A DNA stretch of 64,000 nt from Octopus sinensis (lineage: Eukaryota), in contig NC_043015.1 in assembly GCF_006345805.1 (NCBI RefSeq), forward strand, positions 25,978,001 through 26,042,000, in the 5' to 3' direction. The translations under genes and the position numbers were made by a program. The notes under the pieces are model-generated. The model was not told the DNA's origin and searched no databases. It saw only the letters and a list, made by a program, of their open reading frames with translations. This document shows positions 25,211 to 39,619 of this stretch, piece by piece. Position 1 is the stretch's first letter. Each line of letters begins with the position of its first letter.

Positions 25211-27631
25211 AGTGCCAAAACGTTTTGCAAGGTATTTTCTCTGATGCTTTATCAACTGACCGCTGTTACCAACGGTAAATACCGAAACAAAACATTGGAA
25301 TCCTAGAATATGATTAAGTTGTCTTCACCACATTACACTTTTTAACTTGTTTTTATTGTGAAGATCCACTATTTTCTGTTTATCATTTGTATTTAAAATA
25401 ACCCCTTTACTGATATATCTTGGTTTCTGTGGGTTATATTTTTAAAGTTTATTGAAAGGAAATTTCCATAGATCTGAACTAAGACGAAACCTTCATTTCT
25501 GCCTTTCATCTTTTATGGCCGTTAATATAAGAATCTAGAGTGTTGAATTATTGCAGCTGCTAGAGTGGGGAGGTGACAGATAGTCGCCTCTTCGAAGACA
25601 TTGGTACCAGTTTGTGTCGGCCCAAGTCGACAACCTTTCAACTGGAAGGACACCGGTGGCGTGGAATACATGAACGACTTCTAGCCTTATCCAATGTGTC
25701 TTGCCCAGACCTGCTCATTTTCATATAACAACACGCCAACATCAACTCAAGGAGGCCCTACAAACACTCCTAAATGAATTTTTGTCTACTAACTACATAA
25801 ATAGTCTCTTTAATCGACATTTCCAAACTCATTCTTTTACATCTATGTAATTAGAACTTTATTCAAGAATCGGCGTAATTTGATATTCCGCGTGGAAAAG
25901 AAATCTGACACTTGGTGCGGATGAAGGGTTTCGAGGAAGGTCTAGCCATTAAAGTACCAACTATTCCGACTGTGACATCAACTCTGCTTAATGAAGAATA
26001 TCCATAGAAGGACACAGAAAGGGCCACTGACAAGATTTTTATCAAGCTGTATGAAAGTTTCTTTCGGGCCATTGTTTCGATTCTAGGGTTTAGCATATAC
26101 CTTTCTTTTGTGATTGGTTTTGAATACCATGTCCTCACTACTATCTCACTCTCATAGATCCGGAACGTATACATAGTTTTCAGTCAGTTTTGACTGTGAG
26201 TAGTCAGTTGTTCGGCAACTGAATCCTCACTGAATTAATGTGTCTGAACATGCTAAAGTGGCATGTAAACATAACGCAATTCTCGGGAACGTCATGGGAT
26301 CTTCGTAATCAGCGTGTTTCGGCGAGAAGGTTCAGCTGTTCGTGTTTTGCCATTTTCACTCAGAAGAGATCGGTTAAACCTAAGCTATTTACCTCCCGCC
26401 AAAAAAAAAAAGAAAAATATTACGCCCAAGATACGAAACAGTGCAGTCAGATGTGAGACCACATGTCTACAAATCTAACTTGTTAAACATTCAGCCATAT
26501 TAAATATGCCCACTTTCACAAATGTTGATAAAAATAAACAAACGTAGGTTATTGTTTGTTTTTGCTGAAATAAAAAATATTAAAAGAAATCAAAAATTAA
26601 ACGCAAACATGATTGAAATATCAGTTCGTAAATAGAAGTAAATATACAAAAATTTTGTAATATTCCATATATCTGCGTCTGTATACACAGACATACAGAA
26701 ATACATGCGCGAACGCGCACACTTTATATTTGCTCTAGGGGACGAAATTGTAGACCGTATCAACAAGACCTGATCGCTAATAGTGTGATTGAAAGGCTAA
26801 ACATTATAAATAGTTGTACACTATAACCATTGAAGCAAACAAGTCAGATATAAAATCGATTTCGTAAACTTCAAACATAAACCGTTCTGTCCTTTCCATA
26901 GGGAATGGAAATGCAAACTTAAAAGAATTTTAAGAGAAATGATAAAAGTAGCAGCAGACAAATACTAAGTCTTAAAAGTTCACTTTCTTAAATTTAACAA
27001 TACATTCTTGCATCTTAATCTTTTGTCAAAACGCCTTCGTTACAAATGTTGTCATCTAAATCCCACTCAACCAAGCTTTCCCAGACGCCCACATAAACTA
27101 CCAAAGAAATAATTGTCAGAAGACAGTTGCATTAGCATCTATCTTTATCGTTCCGGGCGCGGCGTAAGTGTCACTCAACGAATGTGCTCGATAAAGTCGT
27201 CTATAAGCTTCTACATAAATGTAGACACTTGAGCTTAAATTAGAAATAATTAAATTCTTTTTCGCAGTCTTAATTGTATTCCATACTTTGAAGGACTAAT
27301 CCAAGAACGCATGTGTCTTTGGCTTTCGTGCTCTCCACACTATTGAAGTTCTTCTCTCTGACAAAGACATACTGTGTGGCATTGCTCCTCTTTTCTGTAA
27401 AATTTTGTATAACTTAATCTAGTACTTTATGTCTGTTATCATTTCTATTCTACTTGCTTCAGTGATTGGACTTCGCTCCGAAAGGTTTACTCGGACATAT
27501 CAAACCGGCAGTTTTTTTTTTTCTGTCTGGTACTTATTCAGTCTCTTTCTTTCCCGAAACAGCTAAGTGACGAGCGCAAAAACAATTCAACAGAGGGTAT
27601 TGATCGGTTGGGGTTCACACACACACACACA

Positions 27632-27662
<31 letters not shown>

Positions 27663-28097
27663 CGCACGCACATACACACACACAAACGCACGCACACACA
27701 AAGAGAAACGCACATATATTTTAAGTATATATAAATACATACGCATCTCTCTCTCTATATATATATATATAGAGAGAGAGAGAGATATTTGTGACAATCT
27801 TGTTTGATATCTTAGGTCGTTTGCTGTTGTTAATGATCCTCACAAATGATAAACTATTCACTAGAACAACCGAAGGAAGAGTCGAAATGTGAGGTCACCC
27901 TAATTGCGAAACATGTCTTAGTCTGTTAGAAGATTCGGAATACCGTTTCAGACATGGGCAAATATTCAAAATCAAATTGAACTTCACTCGTGCCTCTCAA
28001 AACTTCACTTAAGTAATCAGATGCTCGGGCTGGTAAAGAAGCACAAGATCACAGAAACAGAACTTTTTCATAAAGACCTTTAAAAATACAGAAACAT

Positions 28098-28384
28098 TAT
28101 CCTATCATAATAAAAAAAAACAAATGTTCATTCTCAAGCTATGCCAGGTTAATAAGGGCCGGTTCCCTGATTTCAGTGACGTAGAAATTCCCCACATGGG
28201 CGGGACACCGGTCCGTCGCAGGATTACTCATTTTTGCCAGCTGAGCAGACTGGAGCAACGTGAAATGAAGTGTTTTGCTCAAGAATATAACGCATCACCC
28301 GGTCCAGGAATCGAAACCAGAAACTTACGATTATGAATTCAACACCCTAACCACTAATTCACGCGCCTCCACTATCCTATCATA
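28098..28384 (-). mobile_element. CORE-like tRNA SINE with a 12-bp target-site duplication
   Basis: The TSD tatcctatcata lies at 28098-28109 and 28373-28384. The body has gtgaaatgaagtgttttgctcaaga (CORE-like). A related copy lies at about 35280-35420. Confidence 0.8.
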
Positions 28385-30164
28385 GCGGCACTTAAATATA
28401 TAAGAAATATAAATAGTATTTCTACGGAAATAGAGAAATATTAGCCTCATAGAAGCACTCAACATATAAGAAACATAATATTTCTACGGAAGCACCATCA
28501 CACAAAAACATTCACCTCATGACTTCATTGGTTAAAATATTCTAAATACGTACACATATTTTTCATTTTATCTCAAAAATACGTATTACATACCCTGCAC
28601 TGAAACCACCACACTATTTACAAATCTTAGGCAGAGGAGAAAGACAGAGTGGCTTCAACGACAAAACAAACGAAATATGCGCCATCTTAAATCTACCATA
28701 GTTACAAAAAATCAGGAAAGCATTTGTCTCTATTCTCCGCTATTCATAGATAAACAAAATACTCCACACCTTTTAAAGAAACAACATGAAAGGATGGCTG
28801 GCGGACTATTTGTCGGGTCATCAGGTCTATGTGGAGTACAGTAACAATTAATCAATAAATGAAGGGAGAGGTGAGATGAGAAGGGAGACAGGAAGAGAAG
28901 AGACAGGGGGAGGGGAGCCGAGGAGAGAGGAAACGGGGGAGAGGGCACTTCTGCTTCTCAGTAGAAAATAAATCCAATTGTATTTTTACTTCTTTATATT
29001 TTTTCAATTCTATAAAATGTTATTTCTATCATTATAGAAACATGTATAATTTTGTTTACTACATGACGTCTCCTCATTTCTTATTTTAGAAATATTAATA
29101 TCTGATTTCTTTTACTTATAAGGCCTCGAAATCATGAAAGGAATCGATGCACAATTTAACCTACACTAATTACTGGTATCTGATCTTGTCTAATTACAGG
29201 GAAACTCTACAAAGTCAGGTGAACCGATGCTATGATTTATTCGCTTGTGGAAGAAATCTGAATCACATATTAGACAATGAAGTCTTGGAGTATATAAAAA
29301 AATGATGTCCATTCTAATACGAATGTCCAGGGCTTAAGGAAACAATATCAGGAAGTGGGAACAAAATAAAATATCAACTGATGTCGCTGAGATAGTACAA
29401 GACTGGGCGACTTAGACTTTTCACCCATCTGTATTGTTGTTTTACTTTCTAATAAAAGCAGTTTCGGTATTTGTAAGTTGCGTGTCAGTTAATCGTGTAC
29501 TTTGAGAAGATTCAGTCCTCTACATTTCTTTCAGGAAAAGTAAAAGAAGCATTTGCAAAACCGGGCGCAACGATAGACCTTTATACTTTCGTACAGCTTG
29601 CTAGACGTAGCAGTCATTTTCCCCTCAAAACACACTTTTACCGTCTTAGAGATATCCAGGACAATATAGTCACAAAAATACATAAGGAAACGGGTTGTTC
29701 ACAGTTGGAACGCCTTTTGATCATTAGTGTATTCAAATTAAACTGTCGCTCGACATTGTGAACACATGAACATTGGTTCTGGTTAGCAAAAAATCTGTTC
29801 GCTAAAAGTATAAAGAAAGGCCCACTGCGTGGCTAGACTTAAAGGTCCATGGTATTTCAAACTGACAAGATGCATCATAAGGAAGCACCGTCTGCGTCAG
29901 AAAGTAGAGTGGCTTGAACTCAATATCGTCATTAAAAAAAACGACTTTTTTCTTCTGTGACAAACCCAACAGCGACTAGCTTATTTTACGTTTGAATCTG
30001 CTGGGAAGTAATTAATGAAATATTTTTGTAAACATTCATTACGTATGGATGTATTATAGAATGAACGTGAGAAAAGGGGCGCCAAGCTTTCTAGTTTTAC
30101 GATTAAGTTAATTAAACATTATCTAACATAATCCTGAGGACGATTAATCGATTACATAAGAGGA

Positions 30165-30575
30165 AATGTAATCTTGAGCGCAACCATACATTTCCGGGGT
30201 CAGTTCCAGTGCGCGGCATCTTGGGCATGTGTTTCCCGACCATAGACATTGGTCGATTAATTGATTAATGCTTTGTGAGTGAATTTCTTCAGCAGAAAAC
30301 TGTGTCGAAACCCATCGTGTACATATATGTATGTGTGTATGCATGTATATACATATGTGTGTGCATGCGTGCGCGTCTGTTTTCCATGATATCGCTTCAC
30401 AACCGAAGTTGGTCTGTTAATACCACGTAGCATAGATGTTCGGTATAAGTCATCGACGGAATAAGTATCAGACTTAACGAAACAACACCAGAAATAGATT
30501 TGTTGGTGCTTCATGACGTTGCTCCAGCATGACTGCAGTCTAATGACTAAAACGTGTAAAAAGGTAAGAAAAGAA
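30165..30575 (+). mobile_element. Decayed family-A SINE
   Basis: ggtcagttccagtgcgcggcatcttgggc head and gctccagcatgactgcagtctaatgactaaaac tail. Confidence 0.75.
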
Positions 30576-32119
30576 TCCAATTTTAGGAATTTGAAATGCG
30601 ACAATAGTCTTAATAAGAATTACTGCAGTGAATTAAAGTATGGAAGTATGGAAGGCAAGCAATGTAGTAACCGTGGCGGGCTGCGGATAATGAAACGCAA
30701 AGAAAGAATTATATAAAATTAAGTTTGGAAGTGACTTGAATCATGCGATTGTGTAGTTTTGTACTCGTGACGTGTCTACAACTGTTTGATTAGAGAATAG
30801 AAAATAATGAACAAAGGAAAAGGAACAAAAAAGCCATATTATCTTCTTTTTATTTTTGTGCAGCTCGGTTTAATATGACTTTTATTTGTAAGAGAAGTAG
30901 TCTTGTAATATTACCGTTTTTAGCCAGAAACGAACGGAAAGATCAAACTTCTGTTACATGACGAATTCAAGCAGTTTTTAGAGAAGCGCACAGAACAGTG
31001 TTTGGGAAGTTTGCGGTTTGAACATAAATGAACAACGAATTCATGCAAGATTTTTTTTTCTCTTTTATTTTTACCTTTTTGTTCATGTTTCTAAGCGAAC
31101 AGCATGTGATATATTTAAGCATTGATGTAACTGGGATGTCGAGAGTTTCAGTTATTCTTTCAAATTTTGATACAAGGACAGAAATTCTAGGGGAAGGGCA
31201 AGCTGACTACACTGACCCCAGTACTTGAATGGTGCTTTATTTTATCGACATCGTAAGTATGACAGCTAAACTCAGCCTTTCAGCTCGGAACCTAAAGAGT
31301 CGGAAGAAATGTCACCAACCATTATGTCCAACGTGATATTTAACCCTGTCATCGCCTCAGTGTTCCTCATAATTTATATATATATATATATATATACTCC
31401 TTTATTCTTGTATTCTTGTATTCTTTCATACCTTTCAGCTCAAAGGCTATAGCCATATATATTAAATTACAAATTTAAAGCAGGTATAGCAACGTAAGTT
31501 GGCTGATACGCCAAACTTACTGCGGAATAGCCTCGATGAAATCGCTTCAAACAACATCTGGTGTTAAAGAATCTCTGGATGTTACAGCTCGGGTTGTGTA
31601 TACATAGCCTAGCGCTATGCTAAGAAATGAACATAATAAAGCATTGGACATCAGAAACGGCAGATTAACGGATTAACAAAACATGTTGAATGTCTGAATA
31701 TAATGAGATATGGTTGTGCTATTAAAACTAGCAGCTAAATCTTCACAATCAAATCACAGTTGGCATCTGAAATGAAGGGAATGATACAATCTATCGTAAA
31801 AGCTTAAGAATCAATAACATAGTAATGGCCGAAATGTATATAATCATTATAATGCTGGATCACGACTCACATCTGATTAAACCATAACAAGAACCATAAT
31901 GCACGATTTTTTTTCTTCTGTGCGTTATTTGTAAAACTAGTGCACGCGCAATAACTTACAGGGTCACTGCTTATGATCCAGTTTTATAGCGTTCGCAACT
32001 AGTGGGGGGGGGGGGAGATTCGGACTGAATATTTGTAACAGATTGGACAAAGTTAAATATATCCAAGGACCAGCTGCTTGCGCTAAAGTGGGTGGCGGCT
32101 TAAACTATATTTGGCTCTG

Positions 32120-32310
32120 TGTAATTTTGGAGGAGGGGCCAGTCGAATTGATCGATCCCAGTCGCAACTGATACTTAATTTATCGACCCCGAAAGGATGA
32201 AAGGCAAAGTCGACCTTGGTGGAATTTGAACTCAGAACGTAAAGACAGACGAAATACGGCTAAGCATTTCGTCCGGCGTGCTAACATTTCTGCCAGCTCC
32301 CTCCGCCTTA
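32120..32310 (-). mobile_element. Family-B SINE, well preserved
   Basis: acttaatttatcgaccccgaaaggatgaaaggcaaagtcgaccttggtggaatttgaactcagaacg...ctgccagctccctccgcctt. Confidence 0.9.
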
Positions 32311-34229
32311 ACAAGAACCAATACTGAAAGGCGTCCAACCGAGCTGTAATGATTAATGATTCTAATAGTCTTTAACTTGAAAGTGATGTCTTATTTACCG
32401 ATCTGGGATATATAATATATAATTAATCTCAAAAGGAACTAAACGTAGTACGAAAGAAGCCGAAGCAAAGACCGCCAAGCCTTTTGTCCGATGCACCAAC
32501 GATTCTGATAATTTGCCGATGATGTTTATTTACACAGAAAAATCTATCAATTGGAGCGTTTCGGCATATTTACTTATTCCCTTTTTATTTTCTTTACTTG
32601 TGTACAAGAGTATATATATTTAAAGGATGGCAAATAACTAAATTTGTTTCAGTTGAATCTAATAAAATGGTTCTTTTGTTGTATCGGTCGTACACCGATG
32701 AAATCCAAAATGTGACTTCGGCCGGATTTGCCGTCACAACGCATGACATCAGTGGTGCTGTAGTCCAATCTATCGATATCAAGGTTCACTGCTTACTTCT
32801 GTTGATGAATTACATTAACATATCAGTAGATAATTTCTATAAAGAGAGGCGAAGTATTATCGTCTGGTCTATTCTAATCACAATATATTACTGGTATTTA
32901 TCACAACCAACACTGAAGTATAACGAACATCGATATTTGCATAATTTGAAATCACTGAACAAAAGATAAAATTCTAACCACCCTGCCGATATATTCTAAC
33001 AAATTTGTTCATCGAAATGATTTCATGGTGTGAGTGGACTTAACCAGAGAGTAGACTTAACACAAAATGTTAATAGGTTGTCCGACTCTCAGTGAGCAAA
33101 CGGACAGCTTCGTTTTGCTCGAATGTGTGTTTAGAACGTCAATACTATCGACGTCTACTATCTCTCACTTCACTCTCTTCGACCAGGGACGGAAAGTTGA
33201 TTGACTGAAGACAGTTTGTTGAGGCATGAAATTATGATCGCTAGGGGGCATTAGAGTCTCTCTGATACACACGCTATCACCCCCACTTCTTTCTCACACA
33301 CATACATACACACATACACGCACACACATTGACATAAATGCACTAAAATCTAAATGCAGACAGTTATCATTTTTGCATTGAGTGCATACATACATACATA
33401 CATACATATATATACATACATACATGCATACATACATACGTACATACATACATACATACACATAGTAGTTTAAATACAGCAGCTCTGTACTTGTGTCGAT
33501 ATAATCGATTGGGTCCCTTCGTCAACATTCCAGGCCTTGTGCGTGTAGTACAAACAATTTTTAAGGCAGCCAGTGTTGTTGGAGGGAAGAATGAACAATT
33601 ATTAGAAAGTATGAGATTTTTATAGGCTGCTTAGAACGACAACCAATATCATACTTCGATAAAAATAAAATAGTTTATGAACAGAAAAATGTAAGATGAA
33701 ATGTAAATGAAGGAAAATTAAAGAAATGGAAGAGGTTGTTTATAAGCAGGGTTTCTGTTTAGGGAACAGGAAATTTGTCGTTTACTTTAGTACTGAGAGT
33801 AGATGAGATTTAAATAATAACAGAGTTGAAGAATCTGAACGGCGGGTGGCGAGTTATGAAATAAGATGTAAAAAGAAATCAATATCGGATGCAAGATTTA
33901 TTTTTTTACAACGGAGCGAAGGAATTACCGGGGAAAATATTGTCTTAAAGTCAACTGAAAACAGGATCCAAAGTCGGAAAAGATCTTAAGCGTTAGATAT
34001 AAAAGATTTAACGGAAATAAGTAATATAGAAAATTATTTTGGACGTCGACAAAACATATATCCACTATCGTACAAAAAAGATCATAGGTCATACGGGTCT
34101 GCGAATAAAATATGAACGATTATTAAAAATCTAGAGAAACTCTCTATCTACAGAGGTCACGTATTTAAGATACAAATAAAAAAAATAAAATAAAACATAA
34201 CCTTGATTAGTATTTGAAGGAACGAGGAA

Positions 34230-34880
34230 AAACGCAACAAGTTATTCATATTGTTTGTTAGCGCGTCGAACAAATTGTTTAGCGGCATTTCTTCCGGCTT
34301 TTTACTTTCTGATTTCAAATCCTGTAGAGTTCAACTTTGCCTGTCTTTCATCATTTCTGAAATAAATTAGCATATGTGCGCTTGTGTCCATATAATCGCT
34401 TTGGTTTCTTCTTCAACATTTCAGGCTTTGTGCCTGTTGTGGAAACGATTTTTAAGGCGGCCACTTGGCAGAATCTTTAGGACAAAATACTTTAGTGGCT
34501 CTGCAGGCTCTTTACGTTCTGAGTCCAAATCCCTCCTAGACCGACTTGGCATTTTATCTTCTAGGTATCGATAAAATAAAATGCCAGTCAAGTGCTGTCG
34601 GCAATGTAATCGACTTACCCTTCCCTTCCCTTCAAAATGTTGGGCTTGTATCTATACCAAGGACCAATCTTCTTAGTATCAAAGTCGTGAATTGGTAGAA
34701 TTATAACCGTGTCGGAAAAAATGCCAGGTGACACTTTTTTTTACAAATCACTCAAATGTCAAATTTGCTTGTAATCCTTGCGGGGTCGCTTAAATCAAAC
34801 CCCAAATTCTAGGATCGACCTCATCCCCTAACATCCCATCCACTTAGAATTGCTGTCCCCGTGCCTAAGTTAGAAACCGA
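34230..34880 (+). mobile_element. Head-to-tail array of three to four decayed family-B SINEs
   Basis: Head and central motifs recur at about 34255, 34455 and 34680, roughly every 210 bp. Confidence 0.65.
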
Positions 34881-34961
34881 TACTAAATATGGTTGTTGCA
34901 TCGACAGGAAACCATTTTGGATCACTCGTAAGTTTGGTTTGTTTATATATGTTCTAAACAG

Positions 34962-35019
34962 AGCAGCAGCAGCAACAGCTGCAGCCACAACAGCAGCAGC
35001 AGCAGCAGCAGCAGTACTC

Positions 35020-35086
<67 letters not shown>

Positions 35087-35230
35087 CAGTATGGCGTCCT
35101 GCGCTGTAAGCGCGCGTCACTGAATCCACAATTTACTTCTGGCAGAGGAAGTCTCTGCACGACCCAGGCGGCAACTCTCCAACCCATGTGTCAGCTTGGA
35201 TAGGTGAAGGCTTTTTCGAGGTCGGTAAAT
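34962..35230 (-). mobile_element. RTE-like 3' end with a (TAC)n/(TGC)n microsatellite tail
   Basis: On the minus strand gcctgggtcgtgcagaga...gtggattcagtgacgcgcgc...ggacgcca runs directly into (TAC)n. Confidence 0.5.
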
Positions 35231-36388
35231 AAATCCTACCACAATATGAAATCCTGGGTCCATTCTTTGACATGACGGTTTTCACACGATACTAGAGCAA
35301 CGTGGAATGAAGTGTTTTGATCAGGAACACAACATGCCGACCGGGCCAGGAATAAAAACGACGACATGTTTGCTGATTGGGAGTACAACGCCTTAACCAC
35401 TAAGCAACGCACCTTCATGTTGAAAGCACCGGTTCTTGTTTCATAAAGAGCTTTATACTTAGTTACTACTAAATTAACCAGGACCATGGAGGAGTTATTA
35501 GTTCCATTTTCTTTTCTTTCAAACTTATTTTTATTCTTTTAAAGAGAACAAGCACGGTGTCGCATGCTCTAGGACACGGTCGAACAAGAGCAATTAGATG
35601 GGTCTGAATAGCACAAGCGCAACGTAGAAAGAAATGAGCCACAGTTCAGCTGTTGATACACCGTGATGAACATGTCCTACACAGTCACAAAGGGATATGT
35701 GCTGCTTCTCAACACATTTTGCTCAACTATTCGGGACAAATGGCGGGTCAGATTTCACGATGGACACGTAAATGTCTACCTCGAATTTTGGCATAAAAAA
35801 ATGAGTGTTGCACAATAAGAGCCATTTAAACACAGGAAGCGATGGTAAGCTGCACAAAGGTCAAAATGCCCTTGCTTAGATGCTCTCCCCAATTAGACTT
35901 TTTTTAATATTCCTTGATAAGCACTTTATCCTTTGCAGCAAGATGAGCAGTAATGTCGAAATTTGAACTGTTCGTGTTAAGAGACGTAGCATTTTCGCAT
36001 TATGCTGCCGATTCATCCATTGAATACCACATTTCTGTACAATATAAATATTAATCAACAATTGTTAGTTTTTTTATTTAATGCTTTATTTTTGTAAATG
36101 TTGCTGTTTGTTTAGTATTTGTATTGAAGACGCATATTAAACAACTAATTATATATTTATGAAGTCGAAAGCCAAACAAGATGTTTCTCACTTGAATATA
36201 ATACAAATCATCTGAATAAAATATAAATTCATTTTGTACTTGTTTCCCTGTCTCGTGGGAACTTCTGCCTTCAAGATTTCAAATTGATAACAAACTTTTC
36301 CTACATTCCAGTACATTCGTCTGCACTAATTTGGCGGCAGCGCGAAAGTGCATTTCCGAAAGAATTTCGTTCAACCAGAGAATGTTAA

Positions 36389-36460
<72 letters not shown>

Positions 36461-37174
36461 TCACTCTCTCTCTCTCACTCTCTATTTTTCTCGCTCCTTT
36501 CTTCCTACTCTCATTCTTCCTGTCGTCTCTCTCTTCCTTGGCGTCTTTATCTCTCTCTTGCCCCTATCGCATCCACTCTCTATCTCCTCTCTATTTTCCT
36601 TCATCTTTCTCCTCCTCTTCTTATGTCTCCCGTTCCCCCTTCCCAGATTCAGAAAAACTGTTAAGTTATTTATTTTGCGATTACATGATTCTGAGTTCGA
36701 TTCCACCGTGTAATATCTTGGGCAAGTGTCTTTTGCTATAGCTTCAGGTTGATTTAAACTATATGTGTGACGTTGGTAAATGTCTTATGAATTGTGCATT
36801 AAACTCAAAGTGCCAACATTTGAATTTATGGCACATCAACGAAAATAGTAGAAAAAATTGAGTCTGACATCAACTCGGCCTCAGTGAAGGTGGCAGGGGA
36901 GGAGAAAGCTAAGAAGTTTAGGCTTCATGACGCTTCGTAAAGCAGCAACGCGTCCGACTACGTACTTTCGTCTCCAGATTATCAACATGTGATGGGCACT
37001 GTTTTTCCATAGAGTATCTCAATGCTAGAGAAACCTTCATTCCTGAGGAGGTTATCTCCCCTTCTGTTCCCGAATTCGATGCAATCTGCTGAGAGAAATT
37101 TGTTTGTTTCTCTCGCAGATAATTTTAATTAATCAACAGTTCATCTGATATGGTACTTCATATAGATTTATTAG

Positions 37175-37250
<76 letters not shown>

Positions 37251-37268
37251 TGTGTGTTTGTGTGTGTG

Positions 37269-37302
<34 letters not shown>

Positions 37303-37307
37303 GTGTT

Positions 37308-37388
<81 letters not shown>

Positions 37389-38040
37389 TGTGTTTGTGTG
37401 TGTGTGTGTATCTATGTATATCAATAAATGCTTACATTGAAAACGTGTCTTCTCATCTAACTGGTCACGATGTGTTTCGCAAATGAGTTTATTCCCAATA
37501 TGTAGCAATTCTGAGCGTCCTTTATGTCAGCCGATGTAATTGAGTAAAACATGTAACCTTCACACCAATCACCAAGTCAAAGAAATTAACCAAAAATTCT
37601 AAGCATCTTTTACTGCTCTACCGTAATGGAATGAATAATGCTGGTTTCTATTTGTTGGATTCTTAGAGTGGAGGTAGAAGTTGACATAGAGAAGGTGAAA
37701 ACAAATGGAAACAAAAATTCTGTAATGTGAAAATAATCTAAAATCGAAACAGGAAATTTCTGAACTACGGATTAATCTGACACTTAGATTCCTCTTTTAA
37801 AAGTCTTTTTTCTTTTGTTTCCATTATTAAACATTGTGTTTTGGTTCCTTTCAATTTTTCAGGAGAAATTTTATTTTTTTGTTTTACATTTAGCTATTTC
37901 TTCTAATAGGGAACAATATATGATATCCATAATCAAATTTTTATATCGAAGTTTGCACGTTTTATGGGCGAAGGTAGAATGGAGGAGAAATTGTTCAACA
38001 AAATGAAGAAAAATATATATTCACATAAAATCACGTGTGC

Positions 38041-38077
<37 letters not shown>

Positions 38078-38138
38078 CACACACATGTGTGTGTGTATTT
38101 ATATATATGTATATATATGTATATACATGTTTGTATGT

Positions 38139-38178
<40 letters not shown>

Positions 38179-38366
38179 TGTATCGTCTCTATGCTTGCCG
38201 AGTGTGTTTAAAGAGCAGCAGTAAAATGATATATTGCCCCACATGCACGTACAAAATCGCGCATGCAAGCAGACACGCAATCCCTATATATTCAACAGGA
38301 AATATGTCTCTGTTTATCCATCTATTTATGTGTGTGCACACACTCATACACATACAAACAAACATG

Positions 38367-38475
<109 letters not shown>

Positions 38476-38699
38476 ACAGACATTTATACATATAATGTAT
38501 ATATACTGAATTCGCAGAAAATTTGGGATTGGAAGAACACGATTTCATGATTTCGCTCCTGGCTCCATGCTTTGAAGCATGGATTCTTTAGAATCTTAGT
38601 CGACAGTTCAATAGTTCACCAACCAGTTACAAATTCGTCTGGTAACTCATTAGCCCTTTATCTTGGAGTTATTTTCTGTGATTATTTTTATATCATTCA

Positions 38700-39435
38700 T
38701 TTATCTCTATTTCTCCACATTAATTTTTGAGTACGTGTATGCCGAAGTCTGCGATTTTGTCATGGACAGGAAGTTGAAACAAAGAACTAACATGGAATTT
38801 TGCGTTAAACTTGAGAAGCCTGCTTGAGCCTGCTTCTTCGGCAAGCTTACGACGACGATGCAATTGGTCGTACGTAATGTTTTGAGTATCACTGGCGCTT
38901 CAAATGCGCAAAACGTTCCTGGAAGGACAATGAACGATCTCGAAAACCTCTCACGAGCGCCACCCTCGGAAATGTGGAGAAAATTCATCAGCTTGTGCAT
39001 AAGGAAGGTCAGGTGATGTTGCTGGTCTGTTGTATGGGTCCATTAATGCAATCCTAACGTCTGAATTGAATATGCTTTGTGTCTCTGCCAAATTTGTTCC
39101 CAGCCTGCTGACTACTAAGTAGAAAGAATATCGCGTCGAAGTCTGTCAAGACCTCCGTCAACGTACCGCTGATGACCCCTCTTTCATGTCGAGGTTCATC
39201 ACCAGTGACACGAGTTGGTATACAGGTAAGACCATGAGACGAAGTGGCAGTCGTCACAATGGAAGAGTCCTTCATCTCTACAATCGAAGAAGGCTCGACA
39301 GAGCCGCAGCTCCATCACAAGTATGCTCTTCGTACTTTTCAACACCCGCTGTATTTTGCATCGAGAATTCGATCCCCACGGCCAGATAACCAATCGAGAG
39401 TTCTACTGCGACAATTTGAAGTGTCTGAGGGAGGT
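38700..39435 (+). mobile_element. Mariner (Tc1/mariner) transposase pseudogene
   Basis: Fragments MDRKLKQRTNMEFCVKLEKPA, ENVEKIHQLV, SRFITSDTSWY (ITGDESW motif) and HREFDPHGQITNREFYCDNLKCLRE; frameshifted. Confidence 0.85.
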
Positions 39436-39619
39436 CAGTTGTAGTAGTGTCATTGTACGAGTTCTCAGTTGGAGTCAGTGTCATTTACGTGATATACACG
39501 AGTTCGAGTTACCGTCAAGGTAGGCGTTTTAAAGTCAATGTCTTGCGGAGCTATCAGCAATAGCACGGTAGATGAGTTAATGATAATAAGGCGAGGAATA
39601 CTGCCACAACATAATTGTA

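Noticed and set aside
28690-28950. CUGAUGA followed by a small hairpin on the minus strand after a pyrimidine-rich tract
   Set aside because: Probably a decayed PLE end, but the GAAA box and stem III are missing, so I did not call a hammerhead.
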